DNA of 61,426 bases from a virus (IMGVR_UViG_3300030116_002629:1-61426), one strand, 5' to 3'. Counted from the first letter of the stretch, positions 20,252 to 30,800 are shown. The notes: generated by a model not told the origin, from the letters alone. Numbers and translations: made by a program.

Positions 20252-20803
20252 ATGACAGCTCAAAACTTAAATTATAGCAACTTTTTTGAAACTACTTTAG
20301 ATGGTGCAGTAGGTGCTTCAGATGGAAACTTTACACTTACAGCAGCACCTACAAGTAATGGTACCGCTGTTATATCTGCACCTTTTTATTTAGTAATAGA
20401 CCCTGATAGTGCAACTAAAAGAGAAGTAGTATTAGTAACAGCATCATCAACTACAACTATGTCAACTGTTACTAGAGATGTAGAAGGCAGACATTCACCA
20501 GACCCATCACATGATGATGGAACTGTTGTTCGTATGTCAGTAGTTGGAGAAATGTTTAAAGATTTACATGACCAATTAACAGCAGGTACATTAACTTTAA
20601 CAAATAAAACTTTAACAACTCCTACATTAACAAGTCCTGTATTAAATACAGGTGCTAGTGGTACTGCAATTAAAGATGAAGATAATATGGCATCTAACTC
20701 AGCTACACATTTGGCAACACAACAATCAATTAAACAATATGTAGATACACAAGTATCTGCTAATTCAGGTGCAAGTCTTGGACTTGTAATAGCTTTATCA
20801 TAA
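20252..20803 (+). CDS. Tail fibre proximal/anchor protein
   Basis: TLTNKTLTTPTLTSPVLN repeats; DEDNMASNSATHLATQQSIKQYVD; hydrophobic GLVIALS end; TGgTAAGAT promoter at 20234-20242. Confidence 0.65.
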   Translation: MTAQNLNYSNFFETTLDGAVGASDGNFTLTAAPTSNGTAVISAPFYLVIDPDSATKREVVLVTASSTTTMSTVTRDVEGRHSPDPSHDDGTVVRMSVVGEMFKDLHDQLTAGTLTLTNKTLTTPTLTSPVLNTGASGTAIKDEDNMASNSATHLATQQSIKQYVDTQVSANSGASLGLVIALS

Positions 20804-20997
20804 TGGGTATTATAATTATGCTCAAAGAAGGTGGAAGTCTAGCAATAGACACTATTGGTAATTTACCGATAGATGAAGATATAGATTTATTACCTGATGC
20901 TGGTGGTGTATCATTAGCATTTAGGTTAATAATGGAAGCAATTTCTGTTACTAACACGACAAGTTCAACTAGTCGTGCTATAGTAATGGGAGTATAG
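20803..20997 (+). CDS. Small tail-associated hypothetical protein
   Basis: Coupled to the previous stop; hydrophobic RAIVMGV end resembles the previous gene's end. Confidence 0.45.
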   Translation: MGIIIMLKEGGSLAIDTIGNLPIDEDIDLLPDAGGVSLAFRLIMEAISVTNTTSSTSRAIVMGV

Positions 20998-21018
20998 AAA
21001 TATATGGAGAAAAAATAA

Positions 21019-21360
21019 ATGGCAACAGAAGTATTTAAAAATGGTTATCTAAATGTAACTAGCTCTGCCCAAACAATATATACAGCACCTACAGATGCAG
21101 GTGATGTTACTATTGTATTGTCACTAAGAGTAACAAATGTTGATGGTTCTGCAGATGATACAATCATTGCAGAAGTTAAAGATGTTTCTTCAGGGGATGC
21201 TAAAATAGCACACACTATGACAGTTCCTGCTGATAGCTCTTTAGAATTAGCAGGTACATCAAAACTTGTACTAATGGCAGGAGATTACATACAGCTTACT
21301 GGTGGTGCGGCATCAGGTGACTTAGAAGCGTTTATATCGGTTTTAGAAATACAAGCATAA
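21019..21360 (+). CDS. Small tail-fibre adaptor-like protein, 113 aa
   Basis: GGAG RBS; TIYTAP..IVLSLRVTNVDG..VPADSSLEL..KLVLMAGD pattern typical of phage tail modules. Confidence 0.6.
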   Translation: MATEVFKNGYLNVTSSAQTIYTAPTDAGDVTIVLSLRVTNVDGSADDTIIAEVKDVSSGDAKIAHTMTVPADSSLELAGTSKLVLMAGDYIQLTGGAASGDLEAFISVLEIQA

Positions 21361-21372
21361 CAAGGAGTAACT

Positions 21373-22296
21373 ATGGCTAAATATGGTTACACAGGTGCTA
21401 AACCAACACAATCTAGTTCTGCCAATACTGGCGTATTTGGTGTTAATGATGTCGTGGGATTATTACAAAATGGTAATTACAAATTACAAGCTATCGATGT
21501 CGAATACCTTGTAGTAGCTGGTGGAGGTAGCGGTACTACATCAGGTGGAGGTGGAGCAGGTGGTTTAAGAAATTCATATGCTTCTGAAAATACAGGAGGC
21601 GGTGTATCAGGTGAAACACCAATAAGTCTTATACCAGATGGTTCAACTACATATACAGTTACTGTTGGTGCTGCACAAAATAATTCAGTTTTTTCAACAA
21701 TTACATCTACATCAGGTGGTAATGGTGGTGTTAATAATGGTAGCAACGGTGCATCCGGTGGTTCTGGAGGTGGCGGTGGTTACAATGGTGGTGATGGTGG
21801 TTCTGGTACTTCTGGACAAGGTCATGATGGTGGTGATGCTAATACTAGTGCTGAACCTAACCAAGGTGGTGGAGGTGGTGGAGCTTCTGCAGCTGGTACA
21901 ACACGACATGGTGGCGATGGTTTACAATCTTCAATAACAGGTTCTGCTACTTATTATGCTGGTGGTGGCGGTGGTGGTTCATATCGTGCTGACCCATGGA
22001 GTTCTGGCAACAAAGGTGTTGGTGGACAAGGTGGTGGAGGAAATGGTGGTATTCGTTCATCTCCTTATACTGTTATAGCACCTACTGCAGGAACAGCTAA
22101 TACTGGTGGTGGCGGTGGAGGCTCAGGACATAATGGTGATGGTGGTACATCAGGAGGTTCAGGAGTTGTAATATTGCGTTATCCTGCAGGTAATACAATT
22201 ACAGTAGGTTCAGGTTTGACATCATCTACTGCAACTGATGGTAGTAGTAAAGTAACAACATTTACTGCAGGAACAGATACAATAACATTTAGTTAG
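21373..22296 (+). CDS. Glycine-rich tail fibre protein
   Basis: VEYLVVAGGG...GSGGSGGG...YYAGGGGG...GGSGVVILRY, typical of phage Gly-rich domains. Confidence 0.8.
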   Translation: MAKYGYTGAKPTQSSSANTGVFGVNDVVGLLQNGNYKLQAIDVEYLVVAGGGSGTTSGGGGAGGLRNSYASENTGGGVSGETPISLIPDGSTTYTVTVGAAQNNSVFSTITSTSGGNGGVNNGSNGASGGSGGGGGYNGGDGGSGTSGQGHDGGDANTSAEPNQGGGGGGASAAGTTRHGGDGLQSSITGSATYYAGGGGGGSYRADPWSSGNKGVGGQGGGGNGGIRSSPYTVIAPTAGTANTGGGGGGSGHNGDGGTSGGSGVVILRYPAGNTITVGSGLTSSTATDGSSKVTTFTAGTDTITFS

Positions 22297-22302
22297 GAAA
22301 TT

Positions 22303-22641
22303 ATGGCACATTACGCATTTATAAAAGATAACATAGTAACTGAAGTAATTACTGGAAAAGATGAAACCGAAACAGCACCTGATGGATTTTCTGATTGGGA
22401 AGAATATTATTTAACTAAAAGACCAGGACAAGATGCATGCAAAAGAACATCTTATAATACTTATGGTAATGAACATTTGTTAGGAGGAACACCATATAGA
22501 GGCAACTTTGCTTTTAAAGGTTTTACATACAATGAAGATAATGATGTATTTGTTCCACCTGAACCACCTACATATGAAGGTTGGACATTCACATTTAATA
22601 ATGATAAATGGATATGGGAAGGAGTAGAAGACAGTGAGTAA
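22303..22641 (+). CDS. Tail fibre-associated protein/chaperone
   Basis: MAHYAF..NIVTEVI..KRTSYN..YRGNFA..GFTYN..DVFVPP pattern that typically follows Gly-rich fibres. Confidence 0.65.
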   Translation: MAHYAFIKDNIVTEVITGKDETETAPDGFSDWEEYYLTKRPGQDACKRTSYNTYGNEHLLGGTPYRGNFAFKGFTYNEDNDVFVPPEPPTYEGWTFTFNNDKWIWEGVEDSE

Positions 22642-23260
22642 CGAATATGGATATATTGGTGGTGGTAATAATATTAACCAAAAAGTAAAGAACGATGGCG
22701 TATTATCAATTAATGATGCACATGATTTGCGTAGTAAAAAACAACTTGGTGGAAGTTTAGAATTTATTAAACAAGTTGATGTTTCAGGTGCAAGTACTTT
22801 GGAAGTTACTGGTATAATGGAAGATATTTATGATGTTCATTATTTTACTTACACAATGACAGGTGCTCATCAAGACCATACTCTTTTTATAGTTTTTTCA
22901 GAAGATGGCGGTACTTCTTGGGTTAGTTCTAATTATTCGTATTCAAAAGCGTATGGACAAACAGATGGAACTTTTAATCAAGCTACAAATGCTTCTACAT
23001 CATATATGCAATTAGCTCAAAGTGTTGATAGCAACAATGGTTGTTACAATTATGGCTATTTTTATTTTCTTGGTAATTCAGGAAGAAGGAGTCAATTTTC
23101 AAGCTTTTCAATTTTTGAAAGAAGTGGAGATAGTGGAGTAAAAAGATTTGAATACGGTGGTGGTAATCAGTTTGACGATAAAACAATAGATGCAATAAAA
23201 ATATATCCTAATGTTGGTACAATGACAGGAACATTTAAATTATATGGAGTTAAAGAATGA
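22634..23260 (+). CDS. Tail fibre/receptor-binding-like protein, paralogue 1
   Basis: Ends TGTFKLYGVK; shares YDV/NY motifs with the next two genes. Confidence 0.6.
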   Translation: MSNEYGYIGGGNNINQKVKNDGVLSINDAHDLRSKKQLGGSLEFIKQVDVSGASTLEVTGIMEDIYDVHYFTYTMTGAHQDHTLFIVFSEDGGTSWVSSNYSYSKAYGQTDGTFNQATNASTSYMQLAQSVDSNNGCYNYGYFYFLGNSGRRSQFSSFSIFERSGDSGVKRFEYGGGNQFDDKTIDAIKIYPNVGTMTGTFKLYGVKE

Positions 23261-23766
23261 GTAGTTTAAGATTATTAGATGAATCTACTGCAAGTGGAGT
23301 AACAACAATGAACATTACAGATGTATTTTCTGCTGATTTTGATGTTTATGTTATTACATGTCTTCGTAATGATAGTACTAATGGTCAAGGTAATTTAAAA
23401 TATATAGCTTCAGATGGAAGTGTTATATCAGACAGTAACTATGACTTTGCATCTTTATATATGTACACACATACAACTCATACTGAAAGTAGATTAACAG
23501 GCCAAAATCAAATACAAGACGCTTTTGCAAATTATGCAGAAGGTGGAAGTGTTACATATATTTTTAATCCTTTTGCATCTGATAAATATTCATATAATAT
23601 AACTCAATCAATTAATTATGCAGGTACTACTACTCCTTCAACACCTATGAGATGTATTGGTGTTTTAGAACAAACTGCAAGCATGACAGGTTTTCAAATA
23701 CTTGAGGGAACTGGAGGAACTATGACTAATTTAGTTAGGACTTATGGATTGAGAGTTGATAGCTAA
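23257..23766 (+). CDS. Tail fibre/receptor-binding-like protein, paralogue 2
   Basis: DVFSADFDVY..SNYD..VRTYGL; ATGA overlap. Confidence 0.6.
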   Translation: MSSLRLLDESTASGVTTMNITDVFSADFDVYVITCLRNDSTNGQGNLKYIASDGSVISDSNYDFASLYMYTHTTHTESRLTGQNQIQDAFANYAEGGSVTYIFNPFASDKYSYNITQSINYAGTTTPSTPMRCIGVLEQTASMTGFQILEGTGGTMTNLVRTYGLRVDS

Positions 23767-24335
23767 TGATAGGTAAATTAATACAAGTAGATTCATTTAC
23801 TATTTCAAGTCCTGTTGCTTCAGTAACTATTGGTGGTGGAACTAGTGGTAGTTCATCTATAAATTTTGAAATAAATACTGATGATGTGTATATGGTAATT
23901 TTAAACGATATACAGGGAGCTACTGATTCAGAAAGTTTAAAAGTTAGAGTAACTAAAACTGATGGTTCAGGTGGTGCAACTGCACAATCTACTTCTAATT
24001 ATGATTATTCAAAAAAAACATTTAGAACAGATAACACTTATTCTAATAATACTAATACTGACCAAAGTGAAGTTTTTGTAAATACACAATTAGCTATGGG
24101 AACAGGAACAGAAGAAACTTTACAAGGAATACAATATTTATATAGTTTTAATAATGCAAGTGAAAACAGTTTTGTTACTGATGAACTTATATTTAGAAAT
24201 TATAATAGTGGTGTTTTAATGGGTGGACAAGGTGGTTGGGTTTATACTGTTGCGGAAGCACACAATGGATTAAATTATTTTATGTCAAGTGGAAATTTAA
24301 CAAGTGGAACTTTTACATTATATAAGGTAGCATAA
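23766..24335 (+). CDS. Tail fibre/receptor-binding-like protein, paralogue 3
   Basis: DDVY..SNYD..SGTFTLYKV. Confidence 0.6.
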   Translation: MIGKLIQVDSFTISSPVASVTIGGGTSGSSSINFEINTDDVYMVILNDIQGATDSESLKVRVTKTDGSGGATAQSTSNYDYSKKTFRTDNTYSNNTNTDQSEVFVNTQLAMGTGTEETLQGIQYLYSFNNASENSFVTDELIFRNYNSGVLMGGQGGWVYTVAEAHNGLNYFMSSGNLTSGTFTLYKVA

Positions 24336-24364
24336 ATAAATATATGCTAATATAGGAGGATATT

Positions 24365-24667
24365 ATGGCAACAAAAGAAGAACTACAAACGCAAGCTGAT
24401 ACTGAAATAGAGGCAGCAAAACCTTTATATGCACAAGTTAACAACGAGCGTAGAGAGTTTACTGATGCTGAGTATGCACAAGCTAAAGTTGATTTAGGAA
24501 ATAAAAAGTGGAATGACCAACAGTTTGGTTATGTACAAGATAGGCAAGAAGCCTACGGTTCTATAGCTGACCAACTTGATATGCAGTACTGGGATGAAGT
24601 AAATGGCACTACAACTTGGAAAGACTTTGTAGCTAAAGTAAAATCAGATAATCCTAAACCTGAATAA
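24365..24667 (+). CDS. Tail fibre assembly chaperone-like protein
   Basis: RQEAYGSIADQLDMQYWD..TTTWKDFVAKVKSDNPKP; AGGAGG RBS. Confidence 0.7.
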   Translation: MATKEELQTQADTEIEAAKPLYAQVNNERREFTDAEYAQAKVDLGNKKWNDQQFGYVQDRQEAYGSIADQLDMQYWDEVNGTTTWKDFVAKVKSDNPKPE

Positions 24668-24674
24668 AATTATA

Positions 24675-24683
24675 TGTTATAAT
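24675..24683 (+). promoter_or_regulatory. Extended -10 promoter TGtTATAAT, probably giving a leaderless mRNA
   Basis: Consensus match with 7 nt to ATG 24691, which has no SD. Confidence 0.6.
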
Positions 24684-24690
24684 GTCCTCT

Positions 24691-24843
24691 ATGGATTTTA
24701 TAACTGGTTTTGTTTTTGGATATGTATGTAAAGAAGTTGTAGCTTATCTTAAAAGATTAAGTGGATATGACTGGGACAATCGTAATTATTATGATGGTGC
24801 TTACGATTGGGATACAGGATTAAATGAAGATGACCTCCCCTAA
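24691..24843 (+). CDS. Small membrane-anchored hypothetical protein, 50 aa (not in the ORF track)
   Basis: MDFITGFVFGYVCKEVVAYLKRLSGYDWDNRNYYDGAYDWDTGLNEDDLP; fills the gap after the promoter. Confidence 0.55.
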   Translation: MDFITGFVFGYVCKEVVAYLKRLSGYDWDNRNYYDGAYDWDTGLNEDDLP

Positions 24844-25021
24844 CGGTAACGGATTTACTCAAAAAGAAATGCTTACTTTAATTTTAGAAGGACAACAAGA
24901 CATAAACAAACGCATAGACGAATTGCACGAAAAAGTTAATCAAAAATTATCAAGACAAGAATTAACTGGGTGGTTAGTTGCTATATCTGCATTAGTAGTA
25001 CTAATCAACAGTGTTATATAG
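24824..25021 (+). CDS. Small coiled-coil protein with a C-terminal TM helix
   Basis: QQDINKRIDELHEKVNQK followed by LTGWLVAISALVVLI. Confidence 0.6.
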   Translation: MKMTSPNGNGFTQKEMLTLILEGQQDINKRIDELHEKVNQKLSRQELTGWLVAISALVVLINSVI

Positions 25022-26819
25022 AATAGGCCTAGCCCTTTTACTGCTGTTATTTTCTATACCAGCATACGCAGAAGATGTACCTGGTGAAGTTACAGTTAAT
25101 GAAGATTTTAGTGATAGCACTTATCAATCAGGTTTAACTATTAGTGGTGGTAATCAAGCTGCATATATTTATTGTAATGAACAAGGTAGATATGGAACTA
25201 CAGGTTGTTCATTAGCTATACAAAGTGGTACTTATGTTTTTGAATTTTCAGAAGATGTATATGAGATAGGATTTCTAGTAGGTGCAGTAAATAATTCCTA
25301 CTCTGTTAAATATTATTATTCAGATAGTACAGATGAAACAGAAAACAAATCTGCACAATCTTGGGGTAGTGATGGTAATGATATGTATGATGATTTTTAC
25401 AAATCATTTACTGATTACAACAATGATGAAGCTAACACAGATAAGTTTATTACAAAGTTTGAAGTTACATTATCTGATATATCTGTATTAGATACATTGT
25501 ATTGGCAGTATGTAGATGAAAGTACTATTCCTACTACAACTACGACTACAACTACGACTACAACTACTGTTCCACCTCCTCCACCTCCTCCTACTGAAGA
25601 GGAAATAGCAGCTCAAAAAGCAGAGGAAGAAGAGCAATCTAATGATAATTATGAGGAAACTGGTTTCTATGAAACTGATGCAGAGCGTAAACATAGAGAA
25701 GATAATCCTGAACAGTTTCAACATATATATAAAGAACAAGAAGAAACTGCTATTCGTGATGAACAGCGTGAAGCTAATGAAGAACTATATGGTTGTTATA
25801 TGACTGATGCTCAGATAGAGCGTGGTGATTGTGATATTCCTGAAGAAGAGGTTATGATTCCGGAAGAAGAGGTTATAATAGAAGTTGAGGATATTGAGGA
25901 GGAGGTTACTGATGCAGTGGTCGAAGAGTTACTTGAAGATGTCAAAGTCCCAGAAGAACCAATTGAAGAAGAAGTTGTTGTACCTACCAAAGAAGAAATA
26001 ATTGAAGATTTTGAATTTGAAGAAGAGGTTATAGTAATTGATATTCCTGAAGATATCGTTATAGTTATTGAAGATGAGTTATATGAAGAGACTGAACGAA
26101 GAGATACCGAAGGAGAACTTCCTGATGATGATATTGTGGTACCAATTGTGGAAGATGAACCAGTTAAAGAAGAAATTGAAGAGGAAGTTGAAGTCATTAA
26201 AGATACTATTGTTGAGGAAGTATCTGAAGTTGTCGAAGTAATTGATTTAGAAATAGAGGAGGATTTATCTGATGCAGAAGTTGAAGAGGCCATTGAAGTA
26301 TATGTGCAAGAACTCCCACCAGAAGAAATTGTAGAAGTCCTTGAAGAAGTCAATGACATTGGTGTACAAAATTTAGACCAAGTTACTGAAGAAGTACAGG
26401 AAGTTATACAAGCTGTTGTAGAGGAGGCCATAGAAGATGTTGAAGACCTTACACCAGAACAAGTTGAAGTTGTTGCTGAGGTATTACAAGTTGAAACTGA
26501 AGATGTTGAAATCATTGCAGAAGCAGTTAAACAAGACGAATCAGTAGCTACTGCTGTAGAAGAGTATGTTGAAAGAGCTGTAGAAAATTCAGATGTTGAG
26601 AACTATACATTAGCTGATGTTGTTACTGAAGTGCAATTTGAAGAGTTCATAGATAATCCAATTGAAGTATTAACAGATATCAACATACAAGATATCAACA
26701 TAGCAACCATTGGTAATGACATGACTAATGACCAAAAAGAAAAAGCACAAGAAGTTGTAGTTCCAGTTATTTTGACTAGAATAGCTACAATGGCAGCTTT
26801 CGTATTTAGGAGAAGTTAA
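25011..26819 (+). CDS. Exported, highly acidic surface protein with a poly-Thr/poly-Pro linker and C-terminal membrane anchor
   Basis: Signal peptide ending in AYA; T-run then P-run; long E/V/I-rich stretch; ends VVVPVILTRIATMAAFVFRRS. Confidence 0.7.
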   Translation: MLYRIGLALLLLLFSIPAYAEDVPGEVTVNEDFSDSTYQSGLTISGGNQAAYIYCNEQGRYGTTGCSLAIQSGTYVFEFSEDVYEIGFLVGAVNNSYSVKYYYSDSTDETENKSAQSWGSDGNDMYDDFYKSFTDYNNDEANTDKFITKFEVTLSDISVLDTLYWQYVDESTIPTTTTTTTTTTTTVPPPPPPPTEEEIAAQKAEEEEQSNDNYEETGFYETDAERKHREDNPEQFQHIYKEQEETAIRDEQREANEELYGCYMTDAQIERGDCDIPEEEVMIPEEEVIIEVEDIEEEVTDAVVEELLEDVKVPEEPIEEEVVVPTKEEIIEDFEFEEEVIVIDIPEDIVIVIEDELYEETERRDTEGELPDDDIVVPIVEDEPVKEEIEEEVEVIKDTIVEEVSEVVEVIDLEIEEDLSDAEVEEAIEVYVQELPPEEIVEVLEEVNDIGVQNLDQVTEEVQEVIQAVVEEAIEDVEDLTPEQVEVVAEVLQVETEDVEIIAEAVKQDESVATAVEEYVERAVENSDVENYTLADVVTEVQFEEFIDNPIEVLTDINIQDINIATIGNDMTNDQKEKAQEVVVPVILTRIATMAAFVFRRS

Positions 26820-27040
26820 TGCTAAAAAAAATTTGGAATTGGTTTATAACCATAATTAAAGAGACTTTGAATTTGTCGTGGACACTTGTTGGTTTAGTTA
26901 TTGCAACTTTAACTTTAACTGGTAGTGCTCAACAAATTACAGGTCTTGCTACTGTAATTACATTAGTTGTATGGTTATTAACAATAGGGTTTAGAAGTGA
27001 TAAACCTAAAGGTAATAAGAAACAAGGGGTGAGTAGATAA
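26819..27040 (+). CDS. Small two-TM membrane protein (holin-like)
   Basis: Two hydrophobic helices and a basic tail. Confidence 0.6.
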   Translation: MLKKIWNWFITIIKETLNLSWTLVGLVIATLTLTGSAQQITGLATVITLVVWLLTIGFRSDKPKGNKKQGVSR

Positions 27041-27078
27041 TGGATTGCTGTGGTAGCGGTTGTTGCGGAGGTAAATAA
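27040..27078 (+). CDS. Putative 12-aa Cys-rich micropeptide MDCCGSGCCGGK
   Basis: TAATG overlaps at both ends; fills the gap exactly; G-rich SD-like sequence upstream. Confidence 0.5.
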   Translation: MDCCGSGCCGGK

Positions 27079-27290
27079 TGGAAGCAAAAATTAATCTAAG
27101 TCAAATATTGCAAGGTGGTTTAGCTGCTTTAGTTGGCTGGTTATTTAAAACTGTTAACGATTTACAACAAGAAGTAGCAACACTTAAAGCACAAGTACAA
27201 GCTTATCAAGAATCTATTGCAGGATTTAATCAAAACTTAATAGTTATTGAAGAAGTTATTAGAGAAATATTATTTAAGGTAGGAGGATAA
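27078..27290 (+). CDS. TM plus coiled-coil protein (lysis accessory?)
   Basis: GGAGGT RBS; ILQGGLAALVGWLF followed by heptads. Confidence 0.6.
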   Translation: MEAKINLSQILQGGLAALVGWLFKTVNDLQQEVATLKAQVQAYQESIAGFNQNLIVIEEVIREILFKVGG

Positions 27291-27874
27291 TGGAATTAGA
27301 AGTATTAAGAATAAGTTCACAAAAGGATTCTACATCTGGAATGTTGTTCGATATCGTTAATGGTAAAAGGAATTTTCTTTGCTATACACTTGAAGATGAA
27401 CAAAGAGATGTAAAAGTCTGGGGTGAAACACGAATACCTGCTGGTAAATATAAACTATCTTTAAGAAAAGAAGGTGGTTTCCATAGTAGATATCAAGCTA
27501 AGTATGGTGATATGCACAAAGGTATGATACATGTGAATGATGTACCTGGATTTGAGTATATCTTATGGCATACTGGTAATACTGATGAAAACACTGCTGG
27601 TTGTTTATTACTAGGTAATTCACAAACTAGCAACCTTGTGCAAAAGGATGGGTTTGTTGGGTCAAGTGTTAATGCATATAAGGATGTTTATCCCTATGTT
27701 GCTGCTGCTATATCACAAGGTGATGTATGGGTGACATACATAGACTACGATGGTATTATCAATAGTAATGACAGTACAACTGTAAATAGTGATGACATAA
27801 CAGAAAAGCTGCAAGAAATATCTGGAGAGATAAAGATATTATCTGCTAAATTGGATAACCAAGTAATACTCTAA
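27290..27874 (+). CDS. DUF5675-family protein, putative endolysin
   Basis: CYTLED..ETRIPAGKY..DVPGFEYILWHTGNT..TAGCLLLG; among membrane genes. Confidence 0.75.
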   Translation: MELEVLRISSQKDSTSGMLFDIVNGKRNFLCYTLEDEQRDVKVWGETRIPAGKYKLSLRKEGGFHSRYQAKYGDMHKGMIHVNDVPGFEYILWHTGNTDENTAGCLLLGNSQTSNLVQKDGFVGSSVNAYKDVYPYVAAAISQGDVWVTYIDYDGIINSNDSTTVNSDDITEKLQEISGEIKILSAKLDNQVIL

Positions 27875-30800
27875 TGGCTAAGAAAAAAGATAAACTAACT
27901 TTATTAAAAGAAGAGTTAGAAGAACTTTTAAATAAACCTAATAAAACTCCTGCTGATATATCTAGAACAAAAGATTTAGTAAATGAAATAAAATTTCAAG
28001 AACGAGCTTTAATTACTGAATCTAAAACTTTAGAACAAGGACAGCTATTGTTTGGTGATGCTTACGGTGATGCATTCAAAAAATCTTCTAGTAAAGAGCC
28101 TAAGAAAGTTATACCTACTTTTAAAGGTTCAACAGCTGCTGAAAAATTATCGAGAAGTGATTTTCGTTCTATAGGTTGGCGTGAAAGAAATTTTCCTACT
28201 GGTATTCCTGGTTTGCCTATTGAAGGTAATGAAGCTGCTATGAAAAGAGCTAGAGAAACTAAAGCAAAAATTAAAAAAGAATTAGATTTAGGTAAAAGTA
28301 GTGAGTTACTTAGTGCATCAGATAGAATAGGTATAGAACTTCCACCTTCTATACAAGAACAAATACAAACAACAGCAAGAGGTTTAGTAGAATCAAATCC
28401 TGCAGGTATTGACCCAGCTAAACAAGAACAATTTATTCAAGATGTAGCAGATGAAATGGCTGCACAAGTTGAAGAAGCAGCTAGGTCAGATGCAGGTAAG
28501 ATAAACATTATGGATTTTTCTGAAGGTAACCCTATGATTATTGAATCAAGACAAGGTACTGTAAAAGATTTGACAGAAGCAGTTGACCCTAAATCAAAAG
28601 CTGCTTCAGCTTATGCTAAAGAATTTGGTATAGAAACTAAATCAGCAACAGATAGTGGATTTAACATATCTATTAGAACATTAGAAGGTCAGCTAGATAT
28701 GATTAATGACACAATAGAAAATACTAAAGGTGAAAGATTAAATGTTGAAGAAAATCTAACTCCTAGAATATTAGATATTGAAAGAGTTAATAAGCGTAAT
28801 GCACAAGTTGATAAAACAGTAGCTGAATTAGAAAAACAAAAAAATATTATTTCTAATTTATTACAAGAACAAGTACAAACACTTAACAAAGAAACAGCTT
28901 ATGTATATTTACAAGGTAGAGATGTTATTACAAAATCTGGTAGTAAAACAAATAGAGAAAAAGCAGACAAAATAATTAATAAATTAAATATAACTGGAGA
29001 TAGGATAATAGAAGTAGAAGATTTAGATATTATGTATAAATCAAAATTTGAAAATAAAATGCCAAAACAAGATTCTCCTGTAACTAAAGAACAATTAATT
29101 ATGACTGAATCAGAAAGGCTTATTTCTAGCTGGCAAAAACAAATAAGTCCTGGTGCTCACAATTTAAAGACACAAGAGCTGGCTGACCCAGATGCAGTTG
29201 ACCCTGATGCTGCAAAATATCAAACTAAATCAGAAGCTGAAGGAAGTATTAAGTTTAAAAAATCCCAGTCTCCCATGACTAACCTTCTTAAGAACGCACT
29301 ACAAGATGCTGGTACTTTGCCAGGTGAAGCAGGTATGATTTCAGAAAGAATGGAATATACTGAAGGAGTTAATGAACCTAGAGGTAGAGATTGGTGGTCA
29401 GAGGGATATATTGTTGAAAAACAAGAACCTTCAGTTACTAAAGGTGAACAACACATAGGTCATTTTGGAGATGAAGGCTTTGATATTAAAGGAGTTGCTG
29501 GTCAACAAATTGCTAAATCAGAAGAAGGCAAATTTATAAGAGACGCTTTAAGCAAACCTGCAGTATTAGAAACAAATGTAGTCTTTGGTTGGAAACCACA
29601 ACCTTGGTTAAGTGGAACATTAGAAGCAGATGCAAAAGGAAATATAAAACCTTACAGTCCTAAAAGAGACCCACAATCTGGACAAATATTAAATCAACCA
29701 TTACCAGTAAAATCTTTTATAGATGATAAAGGAAATCTTACCAAAGCAGGACAAAAATATAGAATTGATGTACCTAAAAAACCTGACCCAAAAAATTATG
29801 CAGCTAAAGATGATTATAAAAAAGCAGAACAAATATATAAAAGTAATTTAGAAAGTCCTGCAAAAGCTACTGTATATAAAAAAGATTTACCAGGACATGA
29901 AGGACCTGAAATAGAATTAAAAGCAGAAGTTACAAAAGGATATGTTGGAGTTGCTGAATCTAAAGATGTAGATGTTACTATTACAGGTAAACAGGGACCA
30001 GGAAAGTTTGGTTCTAAATATGATTATGGATTAAAAGATATAGCTGCAAAAGGTATTGAAGTACCAGGTAAAGTTCGTGTTACTGATTATGGTAAAGGAG
30101 CTCAAGCTACTTTTGAAGTTAGCGATAGTGATTTTAGAAGACATCTTGAAACATTAGGTAGAGTTAAAGATACTAAGTATGGTAAAGCAGAAATAACAGG
30201 ATTAGCAAAAGGATTAAAAGGTGGAGAAGCAGCAACATTTGGAGGCCTAAAAGATTTCAATGTAGGTAGCCAAGATGTATTTAATATTCTTTATGGTGAA
30301 GCTAGAGAAGTTAGAAATATAAAAGTAGGTATTGGAGAGGAATTAATATCTGCTTCTAAAGAACAGTATGCTGCAGAAATAAAAGCAAATCCAGATGCAA
30401 CTGTTCCTAATAGACCATATGGTTCAGTTACTGAATCAGCTGTTAGAAGTTTTGCTGTTGATAAAGGTTTAATGGTAACAAATAAACAAGGCAAAGAAGT
30501 TATGCCTGGAAATATAAAAGGTAGAACAGCTAAAGATGTAGTTGCTTCACTAACTCCTTCTCAGTTACAACAAGTTGCACCTAAAGAACAGAAGTATTTA
30601 TTTCAATCAGAAGCTCAGCGTGCTCCAAAACAAACATTCTCATATAAAGCAACAGGTATTGTAGATAGCAAAAATAAATTTACTCACCTGTTTAAACAAG
30701 AAGATTACACTACTCTTAGAAAGAGTTATGAAAAAGATTTAGCATGGAAAGCTTATAGTGCAGCTGTAAAAAATAGAGGTGGCGTTAAAAAATATAGTAG

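Noticed and set aside
21477-21937. Overlapping alternative-frame ORFs in the Gly-rich gene
   Set aside because: By-products of GGT repeats; no RBS and no protein-like composition.
22634-24335. Diversity-generating retroelement acting on the tail paralogues
   Set aside because: No reverse transcriptase, and I saw no near-identical TR/VR pair differing at adenines.
25811-26515. 234-aa Ser/Thr-rich minus-strand ORF
   Set aside because: Shadow of the GAA/GTT-rich acidic gene on the plus strand.
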